Shown: positions 49,721 to 61,700 of the stretch, piece after piece | Numbering within the stretch: position 1 is the first letter of the stretch | Layout: every line of letters starts with the position of its first letter | NCBI GenBank assembly: GCA_036785375.1 | Contig: JAWMAR010000430.1 | Coordinates: 1 to 64,000 of the forward strand | Reading direction: 5' to 3' | DNA: 64,000 bases | DNA from: Leucoraja ocellata | Lineage: Eukaryota | Program-made: the position numbers and the translations under genes | Notes under the pieces: generated by a model | Databases searched by the model: none | The model's input: the letters and a program-made list of their open reading frames with translations, nothing else | Told to the model about the DNA's origin: nothing

Positions 49721-52700
49721 CTAGAGAGAGAAAAAAAGAGAGAAGTATAGGAGAGTTAAGTCAGTCAAGTTAAACTAGCAACTTCCTGTCATGCCGAGGT
49801 GGGCCTTTCTGTTTAATGAGCAGCCCCAGCAGCTAGATCACACTTGCAGTATTAACATTGCATTGGGACCACAGGGGGTTGTGTCAGTGTCAACATCAAG
49901 GTCTTAATATCATGGTGTTACAATCGCATTTCTATCACCATACTGGGACTTGCAGCCTGGCTATAGCGATGGCTTAATTTGTTTTTAATCAAGTAATTTT
50001 CTACTTTCTAAAAAACTTAGGGTGCGGGCATGAACTACCAAGGCCAGCACTTAATTGGGCATCTCTAATTACCCTTTGGGGAGAAAATAGTGCAGAGCCA
50101 TCACATGTACCTGTCTGGTGAAAGATGGGAAGAATTTTTCAGGACAGTGCACGAGTTGGAAAAGTGCCAGCACATGGTGATGGTCCTCTACACTTGTGCT
50201 ATTTTTGGAGGTTGCAGGCTTGGATTTAGGTATTTATAAATACCAGATGTAAACCTTGCCCCTAAGAATCCCGCTCATATTATTGGCCAGCATTAACGAG
50301 GTGTCAGTTCCAAGCTCCATGTTGCAGGCTGACACTAAATCTTGGTTCTGATGCTTAATGTTTGTTTTGCTTGCAATGGGGCCAGGCATTTGGTGAAATG
50401 GTCCTTCACCCCATTTCTCAGCCAACACCTGTACCCCTGAATACAGGATAGATTCTGGGAGATGGCAGGTGACTTTACTTTAACCATTCTGGGCATTGTT
50501 GAATTCTCTGGCTTACCTCGGCAGTGCTTTCCATCCCAATGCAAGACTCCGGTGATGCAGCTGCACACTGCCCGCTCTCCAAGACTTGTACAAATCTGTT
50601 CACAACCGCCATTGTCCACTTCACACAAATCAGCTGCTGCAGAAACAGAGGTAGAGCCAATGATGTCAGAGTTTCTGCCACACTGTCACCAACTTCCTTC
50701 ACATTTACCCAAATGGGTCATGGAGATGCACACTCTTGCCCAGTGAAATCAAGAATCAGAGAATATAGGTTTAAGGTGAAGGGGGAAAGATTTAATAAGA
50801 ATCTGAGGGGGTAACCTTTTCACACAAAGGGTGGTGTGTGAATGGAACAATCTACCAGAGGAGGTAGTTGAGGCAGGGACTATTGCAATGTTTAAGAAAC
50901 AATTAGACAGGTATGTGGATATGACAGGTTTAGTGGCAGATGGGACTAGTGGGATCTGTAGATGGGACATGTTGGTCAGAGTGGGCAAGTTGTGCTGAAG
51001 AGCCTGTTTCCACGCTGTACGACTCTGGTCAAGATCAATCATTATCCTCTAATCACTCTCACCAACCCCTTTACACAGACGCAGCCAACACAGACATGGG
51101 ATAGATAGCCCCATTATCAGGAGCCAATGCCCAGAACCTGATATTCAACCCACAAAAGCACTATATTATTCTTATAACATGGTTCTCCATTCCTGCCGTT
51201 GGGATAGTTACTATAAATCATTGATTATGCTTTAATTATTCCCTGAATCATCAAGTCCACTATGTTGCAGGATAACTTTGTAAATCTGAGTACATCAAAA
51301 TCTTTGCTGTCCGTATCGGAACCCACATATCGTTGCCGTTCAACCTTGTCTCCCAATCCACTTGATTATAGTTTAAATCCTTCTGTAGCCTGGTCTCTCC
51401 TGACACTTGTAATGTCCTACAGCCATTCATCTTTAGTGTGGCACAGCTGCTGCCTCACGGCTCCAGAGACCCGGGTTCCATCCAACAAAAGATGTTTTTG
51501 TCTGGAGTTTGTATGTTCTCCCTGTGACAGCGTAGGTTTCTCCCAGGTACTCCAGTTTCCTCCAGCATCTAAAGACGTGTGTTAATTGGCTACTAAAATG
51601 GCCCCTAATGTGTAGGGAGTGCATGAAAAAGTGGGATAACATAGAACTAGTGTGAACAGGTGATCGATGGGCAGCATGGACTCGGTGAGCTGAAGGTAAC
51701 TATGTCTGTGCTGTATCTCTAAACCATATCTTCAAATCTGGACCTGCAGTTATAATTGTTCTATTAATAGTGTCCTTGTTCACGGTACATCATGGCCCAA
51801 GCTCTGGAACATCCTCCCTCAGGCTCTATTAAAATCCTCTTTAAACAAAATCTTGATAAACTGACATGTATGCTAGTTTCAGTATCACAATGTGTTTAAT
51901 GGTGCCGTGGGCTGTCTTCTCTCCTGGTGGTTGATGGCGATATCCTGAGTGTCAAGCCTTCACTGGAAGGATTGTAACAACCAATCATCTGCCATTCACT
52001 GTGGGTCCGTACACAGCTTCCCCTCTGCCATACAAGATCCGTGGACAAGTCTCTGTCTGAAGAGTTGACCAGGTACAGGAGAGCACATGAAAGGTGGGTC
52101 AGCAGTTCTGAGCCTAACTACCAGCAACTCCCTCTGCTGGTTTCTCACTCTCTTAGCAGGTTGCAGAGAGATGAACTGTGCCTTTTTCTCCTTTATTGCC
52201 GAAAGATTTAATAGGAACCTGAGGGGTAACTTTTTTTTACACAAAGGGTGGTGGGTGTACGGAAGGAGCTGCCCAGGGAGGTAGTTGAGGCAGGTTCTAT
52301 CAACGTTTAAAAGACATTTGGACAGACAGTCTGTACTCACGTACTGCATAAATACGTGGTACTGCACCTGCAACTGCTCGGACAGGAAGGCTCTGCAGAG
52401 GGTAGTGAGGGGAGCAGAGAGGATCATTGGCGTCTCCCTACCCTCGGTACAAGAACTGTTCCAGAGCCGCTGTCTGAAAAAAGCTCAGAGAATTGCTAAG
52501 GACAAACTGCACCCCCTCCACATACACCTGGATCTCCTGCCATCAGGCAAGAGATATCGAAGCATCAAAGCCCGGACTACAAGACTGCTAAACAGCTTCC
52601 TACCACAGGCTGTGAGGCTGCTAAACAGTCACTCTGTACTCACAGTCACTTGATTCTGCGGCTGGCACGGACACTTTAATAACTGGCACTGGCCACTCAA

Positions 52701-55700
52701 ATCAGCCGCCCCAGACATTTTTATGATTGGTTTATTGTATTTTAACATTGTTTTTTACCTGCTTTTAACTATTTATACTGTTCCATCAGGGACTGGATTG
52801 TTTTTAGTGTTATTATGTGTGAAATGTTTTAAATTTCATGTGCGATGCTCCGCTATTCACTGGGAAACGTCTTTTCATTTTGCACTGTACAACTGTTGCT
52901 TCCAAGATGACAATAAAGGTTGATTGATTGAGATGCATGGACAGGATAGGTTTAGAGGGATATGGGCCAAGCAAGGGCAGATGCGACTAGTGTAGGTGGT
53001 CGGCGTAGGCAAGTTGGGTCAAAGGGCTTGTTTCCATTATATCCTTTAAGTTGAGGATATTTCATACTCAAAACATCAGAAACATTGCAAATGGCCCCAA
53101 CCACAGAATACACATCCCCAGCCCTGCAACTAACCTCTTCTCCTGATAGGTCCGACTGAGAGGATCTGCTCTTTTGCGAGTTGTCCATCGTCTGCGATTC
53201 TCCTGCTGCTGGTGGGGCAAGTCTGCAGGAACCAGGAGTGAAAGATGTAGTCACTGTGTCTGAAACCTATGCCAGCAGACACTTAGCAAACAGAGCACAA
53301 AATGCTAAAAGTTTAAAGTAAATTCTTGACCTCATGAGTACTTTGGACATGGTTTTGAAGGGATTATGAAATATCATTCCTTTTCAACATCTGATATCCT
53401 GCACTACTGTGTTATTCTGTACCAGACTACATTGGACACATTACAACTTGACACACCAAAGTTACTAGAGCCGTGTTTCTTAACTGTTCAGCCCCCCCTT
53501 TCAAACTTTAAAGTATGACCAGGATAGAGAACTCAATTTATGAAGCATTGCTGGGTGTTCGAAGAGAGAGTACATTCTCAGTTACACAATGCTGACTAAA
53601 GGGTTGCAACAAGCAGCTGCAGGATTTTAGGGTTGAGCAATAAAAGGATGAGCAACAACAGCTGTCTTTGTCTATATTTCCAGCATCCCTACAATTAATC
53701 AAATACAGGCACCTCACGTTTGTGTAGGTGATAGTAAATGAGCAGTTTCTCCTCTGTATTCCCTTACTGGTATAGTGTGGAATACACAAGGTTTGTGTAG
53801 GAAGGAACTGCAGATGCTGGTTTACACCAAAGACAGACACAGAAGTAACTCAAATGGACAGGGATCATCTCTGGAGAGAAGGAATGGGTGACGTTTCAAG
53901 TCGAGCCACTTCAGTCTGAAGAAGGGTCTCGAACCAAAGCGTTACCCATTCCTTCTCTCCGGGGTTTGAAGAATGCCAGGAGTCACCGACGGTCAGAGTT
54001 TGGTCCGATTGAATGACGCTAGTACTCACAATTCGGCAATTATTGATATTTGCATCACACAACGACACATCACAGTGTAGATGAATCTTGTCATAATCCC
54101 CTATAAACTTGAATACAACAATGTGGAAGCGGCAGGTGAGAGACACGCCATTCTCCTCCATCTCTATGGTGCTGTCCTTTGAGTTTGGACACCTGCTCAA
54201 GGCAAGAACAGAGAGATCATTACGGTGGATAATAAGGTTAGACATAGCCTCTGTAGTGGAGGGAGTGAAGATCAGGAATCACAATCAACACTGCGGGTGG
54301 GACACAAGTCTGGCTGTTTCCCCCAAAGGGAATGTGATGGAACATGGAGCCACCTTCCCTCAGCAGTGGAATCAATAGGCAGATTGTACATCCTCAGTGG
54401 GTGTGAAGGAACATCTCCAAACAAATAACCAAGGTGGTCCGATGGACGAGAAGGGCGAGCTTGTCTTAGACCGTGTGAAGACCCCTGGTCATTATGGCAG
54501 TGGAAATCTCAAGGCTGCCTTGACAGAAAGCAGAGGCCGATTCAGGGAAAAGCAAGCATCGGGCAAGACCAGGGGAAGAATTGCTGGATACTTTAAAAGG
54601 CAGATTTGGGAGTGAAATGCAGGCAGCTGAAGGAGTGGAGAGTATTAGGAGTGGAGCAGAAGAATTGAGCAGAGCTTGTTGGTGGGGGAAACCGGCTGAG
54701 ATGGAAGTAACTGCAGAATTTTATGGATGAGCAATAAAAGGGTGAGTAATAACAGCTGTCTGTCTATTATTCCAGCATCCCTACAATGAATCAGATACAG
54801 GCATCTCACAGTTTACTTTGACCAGCACAGGAATAAGTCCATTGGCCCACAATGTTTGTGCCGAGCATGATTCCTCTCATCTCCATTTTTATGGAGAAAT
54901 AAAATTCACACCAACTCTTGTTGTTTGATCATGTATGTACATGATCCATACCCTTCTATTCCCTGTGCCTATCTAAAAGCCTCTTAAACGACACTATCAC
55001 ATCTGCCTGCATCACCACTCCTGGCAATGCGTCCCGGATTCCCACCACTCTGTGTAAAAAAACAAACTTGCCCCGCCACATCTCCATTCAATTTTCCCTC
55101 ATAAATGTGTATATTAAACATATACGCAACTGCACTGCCAGGAGTAAATATGAGTCCGTTATTCCAAAAATACTAGAGCATAAATCAAAATTTGACATTA
55201 AATGAACAAACGCGTTATTTCAAAAATGTGCAAATCAAACGCAAGATGCCTGTAACATTGAAGAAGATTCTGCTTGACCCACCATTTCCACTAAGTTGAC
55301 ACAAACCTGTGAAGGATCGCGGGGTTGGGAAGATGCAAACGCAAATGTCATGGGCAATTTTAGGATGGAGATTTTGTACACAATGCAAGAACACCAACAC
55401 CACACCGTAAAGATTTGGGGAGAAATAAAATTCACACCCACCCTTGTTCGATGATCATGTAGCGTAGTCGGTCCTTTGGATTACGAGACGGAGTGGCCCA
55501 GCACCGATTGGTGATGAGAATGAGCTGCGTAGAATCTGCTCCCTCGACAAACACCCCAATGTACAGGACGTCACGGGTGGTGAGTGTCACCTCGCCTTCT
55601 CCATACGGAAACTTGTAGGACGAGTTTTTATACAGAGCCATTTTAGTGATGAAACTACCCTCTTTGGTGGGAAGAGTGAGGTTGACAACACTAAGATAAA

Positions 55701-58700
55701 CAGACAGCATCAGTTAACATCCAGAGGAACAAAATGACCCTACATTTCCCAAGTGAGTACCTGCTTCTACACCTATGCTGCACTAGGATGGCCCAGGCAA
55801 GTGACTTTTCATATTGTCATTCATGCATTATAACCATTAGAGCAGCAGAATGTTTCCAAGACTCTGATTTGTGTTGTTCAGCCCCCTGCTAGAACTTTGA
55901 AAATATGGCCAAGATAGAGCGCTTAGTTCATGAAGCACTGTCCGTGAACCAGGGTGTTGTACCTAGGGAGTTGAAGAGTGCAGACTGACTACAATACTAA
56001 CGATTACCACATCTGCAAGTTTTCTTGCTATTGCTCAAGTTGAAATTGCAAACCAGTTCTTGAAATGACAATCGGCCAACATGAAATCAGGTACACAAAA
56101 ATACTGGAGAAACTCAGCGGGTGCAGCAGCATCTATGGAGCGATGGAAGTAGGCAACGTTTCAGGCCGAAACCCTTCTTCAGACTGATAGGGGGTGGGAG
56201 TGGGGGGGGGGGAGAAGAAAGGAAAAAGGAGGAGGAGGAGCCCGAAGGCTGAGGGATGGAAGGTGACAGCCTGAGGGCTGAGGAAGGGGAGGAGACAGCA
56301 AGGGCTAACAAAATTGGGAGAATTCAATGTTCATGCCCCCAGGATGCAGACTCCCCAAGTGGATCGAGTCTGGGTCAGGATGTGGTCGTAGAGTTGGAGG
56401 GCGGGGGGGGGGGGGGGTCCACAGAGGGGGGGGACAGTTAGAGAGGAGGTGTGAAACTGTCTCCGGAGAGAGGAGGAGAACTTCTTCAAAGTAGGCATAC
56501 CTTGAGGAGATTTCGCAGTGGAGTAGACAAAGTGTTTAAGAAGGAACTGCAGACGCTGGAAAATCGAAGGTACACAAAAATGCTGGAGAAACTCAGCGGG
56601 TGCAGCAGCATCTATGGAGCGAAGGAAATAGGCAACGTTTCGGGCCGAAACCCTTCTTCAGACTGATGGGGGGGTGGGGGGTCAAATTTACTGTGAGTTT
56701 CCTATAGCAAAAATGTACTCTTTTGAACTGATGCCTTCTTAATAACCTTTCTGCAACTGGTGAGCAGGTTTGTGTTCCCAATTCAAGATAAATCCTGGGT
56801 GTTAAATGTATGTAATATTAAACAAAGTACATATAATTTAACAATGTGTAATATTTAACAAAGTTAATTAATGTAAATTATCTGTTATGCACCAATTGTC
56901 TGGTACATTTGTTAGACTTGTCTACAAGAAGACAACGAATAAGAATCAAAGAAGACTTTGAGAAAATGGAGAATGATTAAATAGAACTAACGTCCATCAT
57001 ATGTCCAGGTTGTATTGGCCCCCATCTCCCTTGTGTTTCCCAGTCCCCATCTACCCAATCTCCCACAAAATGCAGGAGTGAGAACAGGTTTTAGAAAGAC
57101 TGCTTACCTTAGCATTGGCCTTACAATAGTTTCTAGAGAAACCTTCAGGTCAAGTTCATAGGCACAGGAGAACTCGACGTTAATGACTCTGTCACGAGTG
57201 ATCACACTTCCTGTGTTGTTCAGGCTCTCGATCCAGACAGTGTTGGTGTACATTATGTGGGTTTCATTTGTCTGTGGGAAGGAATAACGACTAAAACACA
57301 GTCATTTTCAGACGAGATTGCTCTAACTCACAGAAGTAATTTAAACCTCTGCTCTTATCCTGTAATCTATACCAGATAAACATACACAAGCATCGACCCC
57401 AACATCTAGTCCATATCTTTTTGAACCTAAATGGTGCCATACTCTAAATGAACACGCTGACAACTCCAAGGCAATTACTATTCTTTACCCAAGCATTTTG
57501 CGCTGTGCATTTTGCAAGACAAGCTATTTCTCCAGTTCAAGCTACTCTCTCCTGGTTATCATCATTCACTCCAGCCTTTACGCCTAGCAAGACCCAGCTA
57601 CAGGCAACTGGCCCTCAATTTGCACGCAAGGTTTGCAAGTGCTCAGACCCGCTCTAATGTTTTGTTTGTGTTGAAAGGAACTGCAGATGCTGGTTTATAC
57701 CGAAGATATACATTAAGTGCTGGAGTGACTCAGCAAGTCAGGCAGTATCTCCGGAGAAAAAGGATGAATGACATTTTGGGTCAGAATCCTGCAGACGGGA
57801 GGGAACTGGAGGTAGGAAAAGGCCAGAACAACATGGGGCCGGCGACAGATGAACAAGGAAGGGTGCAGCAAATTATGGGGAAGAGGTGACAACGAAGGGA
57901 TGCAAGGATGCAAACAGAAATATTATGTTCATTTGTTTTCATTCACAAAGAAGATGGAAGTGTTCCTGACAAACCTCCTCCTGTCCCAACCCCAGCAGAT
58001 TTTTACAAAGGCCCTGGGAATTTAAAAAAAAAACTGTTTTCTGTAGGGTGTGAAGAGTGGGACAGAGTCATGGATTAATTGGTGCTTTTGATCAAAGTAA
58101 GTCAGAGAAAGTGCTGCAGGGAGTTGCAACACGATGAGCAGAATTCAATGTAGACCAGACAATAAGTATTCACCTTCATGATGTTTCCGCAGTTTCGTCT
58201 GGTGTTATTGATGTGAAATGCAATGAAATCATCTCCCTCTGAGCCCATGCAACGGTTATCATTAATGCGAACATCCCCGCGTTCAAACCCCAGCTGGTAG
58301 AGTCGGCACTTGGAAATATAAACCTCCATCTGAGAGTATTTGCACACCACGTCTGCCTGGACAATATCACCTGCAACGGAAAGTGGGGAGAACGGCAAGG
58401 ATTAAAGAGGAGCAACCGCTTGGGAAGCAAGGCCGTAGTCTACGCTGGGCACGGTTCAAACAAAGATCCAGCCCGCGCATATTTGTGAGCTAATGTGTCA
58501 AGCCACAGGGAACACACAGCACTGTACAGAAGATCAACCCACAGAGAATCCAGGAGCAATTTATTCATCCAAAAAGAGTGGTAGGTGTGGCTTGCTGCTA
58601 CATAGCAAGCTGCAGCAAATACTAACAATGCAACGAATGCTGGAGTTTGCAGGAATGGATAGAAGCCCACAGTGGAGAGAAGAATCAAAGAATATGTCAG

Positions 58701-61700
58701 CTGGGATGGGTTTCTGTTTCTCAGAAGCAAAATACTGCAGATGCTGGAAATCTGAAATCAGACAGCAAATAGCAGGAGTACACATACCATCTGGACAAAG
58801 ATTAACTCGAATAATTCTGCCTCCAGTGTATGCCATCTGACCAAATGGGTCTTTGAAACATTTTGTTTTGTTTGATTCTTGGTCCTTGCTGTGCTTACCG
58901 GCGACTCTTTGTACACAATAACACTGTCAGTTAAGAATAATTCAATGTTTAAGAAGGAACTGCAGATGCTGCAGAATTGAAGGTACACAAAAAAGCTGGA
59001 GAAACTCAGCGGGTGCAGCAGCATCTATGGAGCGAAGGAAATAGGTAACGTTTCGGGCCGAAACGTTGCCTATTTCCTTCGCTCCATAGATGCTGCTGCA
59101 CCCGCTGAGTTTCTCCAGCTTTTTTGTGTACCTAAGAATAATTCAATGGCTGCTATATGTTTTTTTTCAGATATTCTTTTAAAATAGGCCCTTTTAATAG
59201 GGGCTTCTTTTGAATAAACATCCTCGACAATGTGGAACAGCCAAAACCCTAATATTTCTTAATGGTGAAGTGTTTGCAGCTGCAGAACACCCACAATCTG
59301 ATTCTCAGCTGAAATAAAGAGGAGGAAATGCTGAAAACACTCAGCAGGTGAGGCAGCATCTGTGGTAAAAGGAACAGAGTTCATGTTTCAGGATGAAAAC
59401 CATAAGAAATGTTGAATTGGATTCTCTCTGTCAGATACTGTCCAATCTGCTGAGTATTTCTAGCCTTTTCAGATTTTAATTATTAAAGATTTCCAGCATC
59501 TGAGGTTCTTTAATTTTCAAGTTAATATTTAATAATCAGTTTTAACCCAGCAGCTCCAAGCGTAGTTAAATATTCCAAAAGGTCAAATTCAGATGTTTAA
59601 AGTCATTGGGCGATACCTTTTCCTGAGGAGTCAGATTCCCCACAATTTACAAAGCGGTTTTAGTGATTCTTCCATTTCAAATCTGGGAGCAGATGACATT
59701 AATATAAGCTAATCCAGCATTCGCCAGCATCTTCACGGAGAACCTGGTGTGAACTACACCAGAGAGGCCCCATCTGTCCCAGGAAACTTTGACAACTTCA
59801 CCACAACTTAAGGGCCTGTCCCACTGTACAAGCTCATTCAAGAGCTCTCCCGAGTTAAAAAAAAATTAAAACTCGTGGTAAGCACATAGAATGTACGTAG
59901 AGGGTACGTCGGAGCTCGGGACGTCACTTAGCGGCTCGTAACGCTAACGGCAGGTACTCGGGAAACACGGTAAGCTCGTGAGGATTTTTCAACATGTTGA
60001 AAATTGTCCACGAGAGCCCCGAGTACCGACGAGCAGCTATTACCGTAATTCTCTGAGTTTGAATCAGGGGAAACTCGGGAGAACTCTTGAATTAGCTCGT
60101 ACAGTGGGACAGGCCCTTTACTCCACTGCAGTACCAATACATTATAGGAAATTGACAACTTCACTGCACCAGTGTGGAGCCCGGAGCAATGGGGATTCAT
60201 CCCAAGGAGGTGGAAACTTCCACATTATACCACTCACTTTCATGCAGAGATGACTTGACAAGAGAATACAAATGCCTGGGATAACTCAGCGGGTCAGGCA
60301 ACATCTTCAGAGAACATGGAAGGTGATGTTTTGGGTCGAGTTCCCTTCTTGAGTCTGACAAAGGTTGGTCACAATGTGGAAACAGGAAACCAACAAGGAA
60401 ACCCAGAGGAACAGCTTCCACGTGGATTTCCTTGGTTAAAAAATGCCTACACCGTTCTTGCATGTTAGGGGTGAGGACATCCGCCTGCTCAGGGTTTAAA
60501 GTATCCATTATTACAATGTATTTACCACTGTTGGGGCTGGGTTCCTCAGGACAGCCACACAGGTCACCGTTACCCTGTCGGCATAAACTGTAGTTGGTGC
60601 AAATACCTCCAGCACATGGGTCTTCGATCAATTCTGCTAAAAGGAGACAGACGTAAATGATTAACCCTTACACTTAGCAAACAGACTTGTTCTACTCCAG
60701 TCGTTGAAACACCAGTCCCAATAGACCCATCCACTCAGTCAAAAGCACTGCTGGCAGTTTAGAGGGATCAGTGCTCTGGACCACCCTGCCCTCTCACCCC
60801 CGCTCAAGAGGAGATGAGAACCCCCAAACCCCGAGCCAAGGGTTCATCAGTCCCTGAACTACACTCCTCTCCAAGGGGGGGGGGACAGGAATACAACACC
60901 CCCTCTCCAGGGGGTTGATCAGTGACCCATGGCTCCAAACCCATGAGGTGAAGGGAGCTCTGAACTATAAACCCCAAGGGGAAGTTCAGTCCCCTGAACC
61001 TTCACTGCAGTCAGGTGATCGAAGCCCTGAACCCAACTTCCAGGGGTAGCTCAGATACCTGAAGACCCCTCACAGCAAGAGCTTGAAGCCTAAACTCAGA
61101 CCCTTGAGGAAGATCAAAGCCCCAACCCAGGGGAGATTGTGGTCCTGAAGCCGTACCTGAAGGGAAGGTTAGAGAAAGGAAACACCCGACCCTGACCCCA
61201 GGTTGAACTCGGACACCTGACCCCGGCCTCCAATGTTACCAGCTTCTCCTTACAGCAGTTTTCCCGCCTAATCCAGTCGGTGCTCAGGATCCCCAGCGAG
61301 CGACAGGCTTCTCCATACGCTGCCAGCGAGCTGCAGATTTGGGACTTCTTGTCCCAGTAGCAGGCATCCATTCCACAGGACTCATAAAACGGCACCGGGT
61401 TGATGAAGCCATAACACGGCTGGAAGAAACCTTTCATTTCCGTAAGTTTCAGGCAGCTTCCCTCATTCTGTAGCCGGATGATGTCGCGATTATCACAGGT
61501 GAGGGATAAGGTTGTGTACTGCTCTTCATCACAGCTGCGGGAGGGACGTGTGCATTCAGTATCCAAAGAGACAAGGCAACTTGCATGCAACCCAAACCCC
61601 CTCCACCCCTCAAATGCTCTATACAGAGTACTTGAATCTTGCAAGACCTGGGAGAACTTAGAAAGATGAGGGGGGGACCTCATTGAAACTTATCGAATAG

